DNA of 64,000 bases from positions 1,088,001 to 1,152,000 of the forward strand of contig OY969926.1 of assembly GCA_963704645.1 (NCBI GenBank). The letters run 5' to 3'. The DNA is from an uncultured bacterium (GTDB lineage Bacteria > Patescibacteriota > JACMRA01). The notes beneath the pieces were generated by a model. The model searched no databases and had not been told where the DNA came from. It worked only from the letters and a program-made list of their open reading frames with translations. Of this stretch, positions 21,290 through 30,367 are shown piece after piece (position 1 is the stretch's first letter; every line of letters begins with the position of its first letter). A program made the position numbers and the translations under genes.

Positions 21290-22201
21290 CTACGCCCCAC
21301 TCCATTTTAAAGCTACTTGGCTTATTGGAGAAAGTAAATCTGTTTCTTGCACACTTTCCTTACCATTAATTACAGCAACTAATCTTTCTAGTCCCATACC
21401 TGTGTCTATATTTTTAGCTGGCATTGGCACAATATTTATTGGCTCTTTGCTTGAATCCTTTTCACCCTCAAATTGCATAAACACATGATTCCAAATTTCA
21501 ATTATCTGGTTATCTACAAAATCAAACTTTTGGGAATCTGTTAAATTTGGTAAAATTGTTTCCTGAAAATTAATTGGATGCTTATTACTTAAATAGTAAA
21601 TTTCGCTGCATGGCCCACATGGCCCACGATAAGGCAAACCCCACCAATTGTCTTTACCACTCATAGTTCTAACTCGGTAAACATATTTAGTGCCAGGTAA
21701 ATTAGCTGAAACATCATCAAAATTGTATTCTGCACCAACATCGGCTGTAATTCCTACTTTTGCGAATTGCTTAACCCAAGCTTGAATAGCTTCATCATCT
21801 TGCTCAACCGATTCATTTCCTCTGTAAACGGTTACATACAAGCGTTCAGGATCTAGCCCTAGCCAATCTTTGGACGTTAAAAATTCAAAACCCCAAGCTA
21901 TAGATTCTTGCTTAAAATAATCACCTAAAGACCAAGATCCTAACATTTCAAAGAAAGTAAGATGCCTGTTATCTCCTACTTCTTCAATATCATCAGTACG
22001 AACACACTTTTGTGAATTAGCTAGTCGTGTTCCACTTGGATGAGGTTGTCCCATTAAAAACGGAACTAGCGGTTGCATTCCGGCTGTATTGAATAAAACG
22101 GTAGGATCTTCTTTGGGAACAAGTGCAGCTGAAGGCAAAATGGCATGACCTTTACTTGCGAAAAAGTCTATGAATTTCTGACGAATAACTTTGCCTTCCA
22201 T
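21290..22201 (-). CDS. alaS: Alanyl-tRNA synthetase, N-terminal catalytic domain only
   Basis: LFNTAGMQP, QKCVR, HLTFFEMLG, GPCGPCSEI, EIWNHVFMQF, IDTGMGLER; stops at 303 aa. Confidence 0.88.
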   Translation of the reverse strand: MEGKVIRQKFIDFFASKGHAILPSAALVPKEDPTVLFNTAGMQPLVPFLMGQPHPSGTRLANSQKCVRTDDIEEVGDNRHLTFFEMLGSWSLGDYFKQESIAWGFEFLTSKDWLGLDPERLYVTVYRGNESVEQDDEAIQAWVKQFAKVGITADVGAEYNFDDVSANLPGTKYVYRVRTMSGKDNWWGLPYRGPCGPCSEIYYLSNKHPINFQETILPNLTDSQKFDFVDNQIIEIWNHVFMQFEGEKDSSKEPINIVPMPAKNIDTGMGLERLVAVINGKESVQETDLLSPISQVALKWSGA

Positions 22202-22219
22202 ATTTACGGTTTTGAGTAA

Positions 22220-23299
22220 TTAAAACTGACTAATAATTTTTACTGTGGTGGTTGTTAATTCAGGATCTGGTTTTCCACCCATAGCAGGATCTGAACCTTC
22301 GGCTATTATTGGGTTAACTTTTTCAACAATTTGATCTAAAATGCTAAGACTGGAATCGTCTACTGTGCCAAAAACAGTGTAATCAGCTGGTAATACAGTT
22401 TTATCTAAAGTAATAAAGTATTGACTTGTTGCAGAATTTGGAGCAGAAGTTTTAGCCATTAAAATTAAACCTTTTCTGTAAGTAATTTGTCCTGTAGTAG
22501 AATTGAAATCAGAGTACAAACTAGGGGCACGAAGTTCCGGAGTGTTAGTTAAAACTTGAGCATTTCCTTCAGTTTTGTATTGAGGAGATTTTCCATCTTT
22601 CCAAATCTCATCTGGAACCTGATTGCCGCTAGCAGTTTCGCCGCCTGTTCCATCCTCCTTAGGATCACCACCTTGTAAAACCTTGAAATTATCTACTTCT
22701 ACAATTCTGTGTGGTCTATTTCCATCATAAAACTTACGACTAGTTAAACGTACAAAGTTTTCTACTGTTGCAGGTGCATATTCTTTCTTTAAAGTTAGGT
22801 TGATTGTTCCAAAATCTTTCACATCCATAGCAATTTTCCACTCTGAGGTTGAGTCAATTTTTAAGACTGAATTTTCCTGTTCAATTTGTTTAGCTTTTGC
22901 CTCTGCAGTTTCTTTGGCTTTTGTTTCATTTTCTTTCCTAATTCTAGCTGCAATTGCTTCGTCAGTGTTGTTTAAAACGTGAGGAATATATATAAAGCTA
23001 ACACTTAAAATTATAGCAATAAAAACAACCCCAATTAATACTGAAATGGCCTTATTTTGTAGGTTTTCATCTTTTAATAATTCTGCATATTTATAGTTTT
23101 TGTCCTTAGCAGATTCCATTTTTTCAGCTTCCATAGTTACTACTTTTTGTTCCATTTTAACTGGTTGTGTGGTAACTTTTTTTGTAGGTTTTGCTGAAAT
23201 TTCAGATGTTTTTAATTCAGGTTTAGTAGTTTTAGCCGAAGTGTTTTTGCTACCAGAAGTTTTTTTAGTAGTTTTAGAAGTTTTATTATTAGAAGCCAT
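22220..23299 (-). CDS. Membrane-anchored cyclophilin-type peptidyl-prolyl isomerase
   Basis: APATVENF, HRIV, QGGDP..DGTGG, MAK..PNSATSQYFI, YTVFG; one TM after a Lys-rich N-tail. Confidence 0.88.
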   Translation of the reverse strand: MASNNKTSKTTKKTSGSKNTSAKTTKPELKTSEISAKPTKKVTTQPVKMEQKVVTMEAEKMESAKDKNYKYAELLKDENLQNKAISVLIGVVFIAIILSVSFIYIPHVLNNTDEAIAARIRKENETKAKETAEAKAKQIEQENSVLKIDSTSEWKIAMDVKDFGTINLTLKKEYAPATVENFVRLTSRKFYDGNRPHRIVEVDNFKVLQGGDPKEDGTGGETASGNQVPDEIWKDGKSPQYKTEGNAQVLTNTPELRAPSLYSDFNSTTGQITYRKGLILMAKTSAPNSATSQYFITLDKTVLPADYTVFGTVDDSSLSILDQIVEKVNPIIAEGSDPAMGGKPDPELTTTTVKIISQF

Positions 23300-23589
23300 A
23301 TTTTGACAAAAGTATTGTTTAGTTGGTATACTACATCAGACAGATTCAGCCAAGTTAGTCAAGTATTTAATCTTGAAACGCATCACCGTAGAGTGTTTTG
23401 GCCCAACTCAGTTTAAAATTTTTTCCAAGCCGAATAAGGCCTTGCATGTTGTGCACCCAAAACATTACGATATATAGAACCAATCTATTCAAATATCTTA
23501 AATAATGTTACATCAAATTAACTCTTCAGAACTTCTGTTGATGCCGTTTACTAGGTAGTAAAATACCAAACCAAAACCACTCTATATTC

Positions 23590-25753
23590 ATGTCCAAATT
23601 TACAATAGCCCAAGCTTTAGCTTCTAATAAAGTACCAGAAAATACAGACGAACCAAGAAAAAAGAAATCTTCGGCCGATAGAAAAAGGCTTACTATCGGT
23701 TCAGCTAAAGTTACCAAAATTAAAGTTCCAAAAATTACTAAAATTTTTAAAGCTAAGGAAGTTGTTAAAACTGAAGAAGAACTAGCAGAAGAAGCAAAAA
23801 AAGTTCCGGTAAAACTAACCAGAGCAGCCTTAGCCAGAAAGGCCAACCCTAAAGAACTTGTTACCAGAAAAGGTATACTTGGATTGAACCTTGTTTCAAC
23901 TGCCGACACCAACCGTTTAGCAGCCTTGGAAGACGATTCTATTGAGCAACGTGGAGGCAGAAGATACCGTGTAACAGACGATGGTGTAAAAATTAAAATG
24001 AAGAAAGTTACTAAGCGTAGAATTAGTAAAAGTTCTGGTAAAGTTTTAAAGAAATTCATTGAAAACGATGCTTCTTTATACCCAGAATTTCAAAGACAGC
24101 CTTTAGATTGGCAGGCCAATGTTGTAGATACAATTAAGCAAGCTATTACCAGAGGTTTTGTTACCGAAGACGAGCTGTTATTCATGTTACCAAGGCCAGA
24201 AGAAAATATTAGACTTTTGGAAGACTTGTACGATTTAGCCGAAGACAGTGGGGCCGGAATTAAACTAGATAATACTTTAGATAGTTTGTGGGACACTCTA
24301 GAAAACGAGGATGAAATGAAACGCCGTGAAATGGAATTGGCTGAAAAGCTTTCAGGTTCCTTGGCAGGAGATGTTGGTGGTGACGAACTAAAAGATGATT
24401 CTGTTCAAAACTATATTAGAGATGTTTCAAGGTACCCTGTGCTAACTAAAGAGCAGGAAGTGGAATTAGCCAAAAGAATTGAGCAAGGCGACCAAAGCGC
24501 CAAACGTGAATTAACTTATGCCAACCTTAAATTAGTTGTTCATAATGCCAAAAAATACATGGGCAGAAACCTTGCCTTTCTAGATTTAATTCAAGAAGGA
24601 AACATGGGTTTGTTCCGTGCTGTAGAAAAATTTGATTGGAGACGTGGCTATAAGTTTTCTACTTACGCCAGTTACTGGATTGACCAAAGTATTAGAAGGG
24701 CACTTAGCCGACCAAAGCAGACCAGTGCGTTTGCCTGTTCACGTTGAAGAAAAACTTAACCGTTTCAAAAAAGAAAAGCGTGCTTTAATTGACGAACTGG
24801 GAAGAGAACCAACCGACGACGAGTTGGCAGAAAAGCTAGAACTAGATATGGACACCATCTTCTACTTCAGAAGAATTAGCCAAGACACAGTTTCTATAGA
24901 TACAATGATTGGTTTTTCTGATGACAGTGATACTTTAATGGTGGAAATGATTGAGGACGAAAACACAGCTCCGCCAATTGAAGTAGCCAGTAACAGAATT
25001 TTACGTGGTCATGTAATGAAAATTATTGATGACGTTTTAGAACCTCGTGAAAAGAAAGTAATTTTATTAAGATTTGGTTTAGATGGAACTAATGTTTCCC
25101 ACACTTTAGAAGAAATTGGAGAAGTTTTTCATGTTACCCGTGAACGTGTTCGCCAAATTGAAGAAGTAGCTTTAAACAAAATTAGGCAACACAATGAAAG
25201 TTTTAAATTAGTAGATTTCTTGGAAGGTGTTCACCCACAAACCTTTAATAATGAAGAGGTTAAAGCTGTGGATGTAGACAAAGAAATTCAAATTGGAAAG
25301 AAAATTCCTTTAGAAGTTTTAGTAGAGCAAATTGTACACCAAATTGTAAGCCAAGAGTCAGCTTTGTTCTTTATTAAAGGCGAAATGGGAAGCGGCAAAA
25401 CCAGAGCAGTACAGGACATTTGTAAGAAACTAGGAACAGAAGTAGAAGCAACGTCCCCTACTTTTGCCCTACTTCAAAAGTACCAATTGGCAACATCAAG
25501 CGCTGCCAAACAAAACGCCCAAATGGAAAATGTAGCCCATTTAGATTTACACAGGTTAAAAACTATAACCAAGGAAGACGAAGGTTGGATTGAAGAAGAA
25601 ATGGTAAACACCCAACAAGTTGTATTTGTTGAATGGCCAGAAAAACTTCTAAAAAACCAAGGTTTTATTCAATTCATAGGAAGAAAGTTCTACATAATTG
25701 AAGCCAAAATAGGCAAAAAAGGCGACCACTACTTCAGAATCAGAGAAGATTAG
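23590..25753 (+). CDS. rpoD: Primary sigma factor RpoD (+1 frameshift at ~24705) fused C-terminally to a TsaE-like ATPase
   Basis: ORF1 has region 1.2 (DSVQNY) and region 2 ([20 protein letters not shown]). The +1 frame continues [12 protein letters not shown], region 4 ([17 protein letters not shown]), then [24 protein letters not shown]. Confidence 0.88.
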
Positions 25754-25754
25754 T

Positions 25755-26090
25755 AGCGGAGACCACCGTGTCTCCATTTATACAAAAACAAAAACGTAGG
25801 AGAGGGATTTATCCTCCCTCATTGGGGAAACAAGGAACGATTGAATTCATGTTGGTATTGATATATAACGTTTTGTAGAGGAGGGCTCCTGCCCTCCATT
25901 GTTGTTTTGTATGAACATGTAGCATCTCAATTTATGCAAAAACGTAGGGGAAAGTACCCCTATTTAGGGGTCAAGCCGAAGGCTTGGGGGTAGTTTTAAA
26001 TTAATACAAGCATCTATTCCCCTCTTGAAGGGTGGCAACTTCCAAGGGTTCCCGAAAATTTTAATTTTTGGGATGAAGTTGTCGGGGTGG
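25755..26090. repeat. Cluster of REP-like palindromes
   Basis: Several GTAG-led hairpins (25755, 25796, 25875, 25944) and a CCCCTC..GGG..GGGGTG-type palindrome at ~26018-26090 with a nested hairpin. Confidence 0.65.
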
Positions 26091-26865
26091 ATTCTTAAAG
26101 AATGCAGCTTCAGGAGTAACTATAAAATTTACAAAACAAACCTCCCTCAAAATTAATAAAAATAATGAGGGAGAGGTGCTTTACTACCACTTGTTTAGCC
26201 AGTCTTTGACTATGTGAATGATAGCTCTTCCGCCATCTCTAACCAACGGATGATTTGCTGTGTTGAAAATTAAAGTTGCACCGCTGGTGTACTTTTGAAT
26301 TTTTTTAGGGGTCAATTTAGTCCTTTTGAACTTGTTAATTTTAGACATAATATAAATGTAAAATAGCCCTAACCTATAGAAAACAGAAAAATAAAACTTT
26401 ATTTTGTCTAGTATTACATATAACAAACTAGACATTAGCACTTTTTATTTAAGTAAAGTTTTTATAATTAAATGTTCACTTTATCTTGTATTAAAAGGCT
26501 TTGTGGGTATTTGGTAAGTAGTATTATTTGACAACAGGAAATTTTTGTTTTAGTATGAATTTAGTATCTTACCTCTAAATGAATGTGCTCTATTTCTTAG
26601 GGCTTGTTTTAGTATTTAAATAATTTATGATGTGGTCAAGCAAAATTTACGCTCTTATCTCTGAGTTTGTCTATTTAGTTTTACTTTATCTAAATTTATT
26701 AAATTCTCCACTAGATGTAGTGAACTAGAAATTTAACTACATCTAGTATTATATAAATATTTTAATAATAAATGTAGTAGTATATTTAGATTTTTGGATT
26801 GTATACTTAAACGCAAAACTACCCCCAAGCCTTCGGCTTGACCCCTAAATAGGGGTACTTTCCCC
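25947..26865. repeat. Perfect 51-bp inverted repeat pair (25947-25997 / 26815-26865)
   Basis: ggggaaagtacccctatttaggggtcaagccgaaggcttgggggtagtttt and its exact reverse complement. Confidence 0.9.
26184..26348 (-). CDS. Small basic hypothetical protein (~54 aa)
   Basis: MSKINKFKRTK...KDWLNKW followed by a terminator-like hairpin (~26140-26176). Confidence 0.4.
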   Translation of the reverse strand: MSKINKFKRTKLTPKKIQKYTSGATLIFNTANHPLVRDGGRAIIHIVKDWLNKW

Positions 26866-26922
26866 AACACAGGAGGATAAATCCTTCCCCTACAAAAAAT
26901 TCACTTGAATTACATCTCAACT

Positions 26923-27007
26923 TTGACACAAAAATAAAAAATGTTTAATATTATAGTACATTTTCCCATTGGGACGACCTCTTTTTAGAGGGTTATTTTT
27001 TTACTAG
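26923..27007 (+). ncRNA. Putative toxin-associated small RNA copy 1, with promoter
   Basis: TTGACA(26923)-17-TAATAT; hairpins TCCC-ATT-GGGA and CCTCT-TTTT-AGAGG; abuts toxin stop at 26993. Confidence 0.6.
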
Positions 27008-27403
27008 AAATTCTATAAATTTATTTTGAATATTCTGAAATTCGTTTACACCCACTTTAGAAGTTGAATATTGTAATCTTTTAGCATCGAAAGATCTGAT
27101 CTGGCTAAAAACTAAGTAGCTGCAAGACCCTCTAATTTCTAATTTATAAAACCAGCTTCCAACTTTTTCTTTAGAAGTTAAAGGAATGCCAATAAAACTT
27201 TCTTTATTAAGCTTTTTTAGTATAAACACAGGTCTTAAAAATAGCTTTTCCGAATAGTTTGAATTATTTTTTCCATTTATTTCTCGACCAATATTTTGAC
27301 CAAACACACAATACCAAATTTCTCTTTCTTCAAACAAAGGCCGAAGACTATTTTGCTGTATTTTAAATTTTAATTTAATCCAAGTTAGAAATTCTTCCCA
27401 CAT
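26993..27403 (-). CDS. PemK/MazF-like toxin (orphan)
   Basis: FEEREIWYCVFGQNIGREINGK...RPVFILKK...IPLTS...SQIRSFDAKRL. Confidence 0.88.
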   Translation of the reverse strand: MWEEFLTWIKLKFKIQQNSLRPLFEEREIWYCVFGQNIGREINGKNNSNYSEKLFLRPVFILKKLNKESFIGIPLTSKEKVGSWFYKLEIRGSCSYLVFSQIRSFDAKRLQYSTSKVGVNEFQNIQNKFIEFLVKK

Positions 27404-27530
27404 TAAATAATTCCTACAAAAGTTTTAAAGTTAGTCTAAAAAAGTTTGGTCAAAAGTTGGACTAATTGAGTTTAAAAAGATAAACGTGCAATTATTAAAA
27501 ATTAGTTTCCACAAGTCTTATGCTGAAACT

Positions 27531-27613
27531 TTGACACAAAAATAAAAACCCATTAACATTAGTAAATAAATTGGGATTACCCATGTACCTCTGGAAACAG
27601 AGGTTAATTTATT
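27531..27613 (+). ncRNA. Putative toxin-associated small RNA copy 2, with promoter
   Basis: TTGACA(27531)-17-TAACAT; TGGG-ATTA-CCCA; ACCTCTG-GAAA-CAGAGGT; flanks AATAAATT/AATTTATT are complementary. Confidence 0.65.
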
Positions 27614-28004
27614 ATTTAAATATAACTTCAATGACATATTTTTTTATTTGATTTAATTCTGCTGTGGAAAGCTGAGCAATTTTCTTTCTAAACCGTTTAG
27701 AATCTAACGCTCTTATTTGCGAAACTAAAGCTGAATAGTATTGACCGCCGTAGCTAATTTTAAAATAGTATTTATTTTCTTTTAGCTTTGAGCTGATAGG
27801 AATAGCTAAGCAAAACCTACTATTAAATTTTTTTACTACGACAATTGGCCTTACAAAATTAAGACCTTTTCCATTTTCCTCATCTCCCAAGTTTTTACCC
27901 AAATTAACCCACCAAATTTCACCTTCATTATAAAAATAAGGTCTGAAGTTGTTTTCTTCAATTTTAAATTTTAATTTAATCCAAGTTAGAAATTCTTCCC
28001 ACAT
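27612..28004 (-). CDS. PemK/MazF-like toxin (orphan)
   Basis: GEIWWVNLGKNLGDEENGKG...RPIVVVKKFN...IPISS...SQIRALDSKR. Confidence 0.9.
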   Translation of the reverse strand: MWEEFLTWIKLKFKIEENNFRPYFYNEGEIWWVNLGKNLGDEENGKGLNFVRPIVVVKKFNSRFCLAIPISSKLKENKYYFKISYGGQYYSALVSQIRALDSKRFRKKIAQLSTAELNQIKKYVIEVIFK

Positions 28005-28095
28005 TAAATAATTCCTACAAAAGTTTTAAAGTTAGTCTAAAAAAGTTTGGTTCATAGTTGGACGAATTTGAGGGCAAAAGACTTACCTTACAACT

Positions 28096-28178
28096 TTGAC
28101 ACAAAAATAAAAACTATTTATTGTTCATAGAACAAATTTGCAACAGCCACGTACCCCTTATTTGGGGTTAATTTATTG
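28096..28178 (+). ncRNA. Putative small RNA copy 3 (no adjacent toxin 3' end), with promoter
   Basis: TTGACA(28096)-17-TATTGT; TTGC-AACA-GCCA (one mismatch); ACCCC-TTATTT-GGGGT; TAATTT. Confidence 0.55.
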
Positions 28179-28193
28179 GCTTAAAATTTAACT

Positions 28194-28277
28194 TTGACGC
28201 ACTAGTAAAAATTATTCAGTATTGAACAAATTGGGATTACCCACAGCACCTCTAATAATAGAGGTATAATTTTGTTC
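28194..28277 (+). ncRNA. Putative small RNA copy 4 (orphan), with promoter
   Basis: TTGACG(28194)-17-CAGTAT; TGGG-ATTA-CCCA; ACCTCTA-ATAA-TAGAGGT; flanks GAACAAA/TTTGTTC are complementary. Confidence 0.55.
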
Positions 28278-28303
28278 TAATTTAGAACTAGCTAATCTCC
28301 CTT

Positions 28304-30295
28304 TTACTTATCATCCCAAATGTAAACACCATTAAATTTAGTCATTTCTATGGCTGACATATTTTTAATTCTTTCTAATAAAAGTTTACTTACACTATCA
28401 TCAGGTAGATTTGCAAAGATTTTGGAGGCTTCTGTGTATTTACCTTCTGAATAAAGTTTGTATCCCAATGAAAACTGTTGGACCAAATCTGTGTTGGACT
28501 GAGTTGGTTGCAAGAGTTCGTATATTGCAACACCTGCTTGTTTACCTTTAACTTGGACCAAATCTATCTGACGGTACAACCCGCCTTCAAAGCTTCCAAA
28601 AAAATGAGAATCTTGGGATAAATCTAAACCAGCAATTTCCAAAACTGCTTTAGAAACCAAAATTTCTATTCCGTACTTTTTAGTTAAACCTTCAAGCCTG
28701 GAAGCCAGGTTTACATTGTCACCCAAAACTGTGTATTCAAAACGCTTCTTTCCACCAATATTTCCTACAATTACATTGCCTGAATTTAGTCCAATGCCAA
28801 TTTTTAAGTCTTTAAATTCAGGGTGTTGTGCATTAAATTGCTGTAAAGATGTTTGCATTAAAAGAGTAGTTTGCATTGCTAACAGTGCATGTTTTGGGTT
28901 ATCAAGTGGAGCATTCCACAAAGCCATTATGCAATCACCTATGTATTTATCGATTGTTCCTTGCTGATTCAAAATTACTTCCCCTGCACTATCCAGATAC
29001 AAATTTGTGAGATGAACTAACTCTTCTGGAGACATAGTTTCTGCTAGAGATGTAAAACCACGAATATCGCTAAACAAAATAGTAACTGTTTTTTTGCTGC
29101 CACCAAGCTTAAGCTGGTCGGGATTTTTTAATACTTCTGCTAACAATGCCGGGCTTAGATATTGGCTAAAGGTTTCTGAAATGAATTTATTTTGTTTCCC
29201 TTTAGTGGCACTTTCAAAAGCCAAAAAACCCCCGAAACCTCCTATTAAACCGAAGCTGGAAGATAAAAATAGCCAAATATACCCCAATCCAAACAATACA
29301 GCTCCAAAAATGTTTATTACAATTAGGCATAAAAACTGGTTTATCAAAACGTTTTGCATTTTAGGCCATTTAAACCATAAACCAATTAGAACAGAATAGA
29401 TTAATGTGAAAATTAAATAATTCAACCATGGGTTAATTTGCTGCCTGTTTATATTTTCCAGTAAAGAGTTTACAACGTTGGCATGAATTTCCACCCCCGC
29501 AATTTGTTGGCCAAAAACACTTGTAAAATTATCATTCAAATTATTTTTCAAATCTTTGCTGGTTGAACCAATTAAAACAATTTTTCCTTCCAAATTAGCT
29601 TTATCTATGGAATTATTATACAAGTCGGAAAAGCTGTAGGTTTCAAATTGATTTTTTGCATATTCAAAATTATAATTTTGTTGAAAGCTTTGCTGCCTAA
29701 CTTTCACTTGAGCTTGGCTGCAATTGGAAGGGGTTTTATCTAAAACTGAGTTTTTAAATAAGGCAAAAGCAAAACTTGAATAACATTCACCCGAAACCTG
29801 CTTTGTTAAAGTTGCAGTTCTAATTTTACCATCTGTATCAGGGCTAAAATCAATTAAAGCGCTGGTTATATTTGATTTATTTTGAGGAACTAAAGGGCTT
29901 TCTAAAATTTTGTTATTATCGCTTTTAGCACCAAAAACAATTGGCATTTCAGAGTTATTTAAATACGCACTAAGCTGATCATCGCCCTGCCTGCTTTCTA
30001 AAAACAAAATGTCCAATCCTACAGCTCTGGGCTTAGCTTCTTCTAAGTTAGAAAGTGCTTTTGCAAAAATATCTCTGTTCCAAGGCCAAGCTCCAATTTG
30101 CTGTAAACTTTTATCGTCTATACCTATAATTACCACGTCTTTTCTAGCAGATATTACACCCTGCAACTGGTCAGTAATTGTTTGATTAGCTGAAGCCAAA
30201 GGAGGGGTTAAAGCCAATAACCAACCCAAAATTATTCCTAAGGGAATGTATAAATAATAGATAAAATTAGAATTAAGTTTAATAGCTTTGAACAT
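28304..30295 (-). CDS. CHASE2-domain class III adenylate/guanylate cyclase
   Basis: GAWPWNR, GVEIHAN (CHASE2); TMs; LFSDIRGFT, DKYIGDCIMA, GDNVNLASRLEG. Confidence 0.93.
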   Translation of the reverse strand: MFKAIKLNSNFIYYLYIPLGIILGWLLALTPPLASANQTITDQLQGVISARKDVVIIGIDDKSLQQIGAWPWNRDIFAKALSNLEEAKPRAVGLDILFLESRQGDDQLSAYLNNSEMPIVFGAKSDNNKILESPLVPQNKSNITSALIDFSPDTDGKIRTATLTKQVSGECYSSFAFALFKNSVLDKTPSNCSQAQVKVRQQSFQQNYNFEYAKNQFETYSFSDLYNNSIDKANLEGKIVLIGSTSKDLKNNLNDNFTSVFGQQIAGVEIHANVVNSLLENINRQQINPWLNYLIFTLIYSVLIGLWFKWPKMQNVLINQFLCLIVINIFGAVLFGLGYIWLFLSSSFGLIGGFGGFLAFESATKGKQNKFISETFSQYLSPALLAEVLKNPDQLKLGGSKKTVTILFSDIRGFTSLAETMSPEELVHLTNLYLDSAGEVILNQQGTIDKYIGDCIMALWNAPLDNPKHALLAMQTTLLMQTSLQQFNAQHPEFKDLKIGIGLNSGNVIVGNIGGKKRFEYTVLGDNVNLASRLEGLTKKYGIEILVSKAVLEIAGLDLSQDSHFFGSFEGGLYRQIDLVQVKGKQAGVAIYELLQPTQSNTDLVQQFSLGYKLYSEGKYTEASKIFANLPDDSVSKLLLERIKNMSAIEMTKFNGVYIWDDK

Positions 30296-30367
30296 TAATT
30301 GTGAATTTAAATTTGTTTTTGAAATGAATTAGCGGTTTAACAGCAAAATATTTTAGTCTTATTTACT

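Larger units (their letters stand above)
27360..28051. repeat. Identical 91-bp direct repeat covering leader and first 15 codons of two toxins
   Basis: 27360-27450 equals 27961-28051; both proteins begin MWEEFLTWIKLKFKI. Confidence 0.9.

Noticed and set aside
23526-24059. 177-aa ORF antisense to rpoD, and similar shadow ORFs inside clpC, radA, the cyclase and the surface protein
   Set aside because: They fully overlap well-supported genes on the other strand and show no motifs.
26440-26815. Replication origin in the AT-rich gap
   Set aside because: No cluster of DnaA boxes is visible and no dnaA/dnaN is nearby.
26993-28004. Integron cassette array
   Set aside because: No convincing attC (RYYYAAC...GTTRRRY with paired arms) and no integron integrase in the window.
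26919-28277. CRISPR array or classical type III TA repeat array from the repeated AACTTTGAC... units
   Set aside because: Spacing is irregular (~608, ~565, ~98 bp), units contain genes, the repeats are promoter-like, and there are no cas genes. The RNA units are single and convergent, not tandem upstream repeats.
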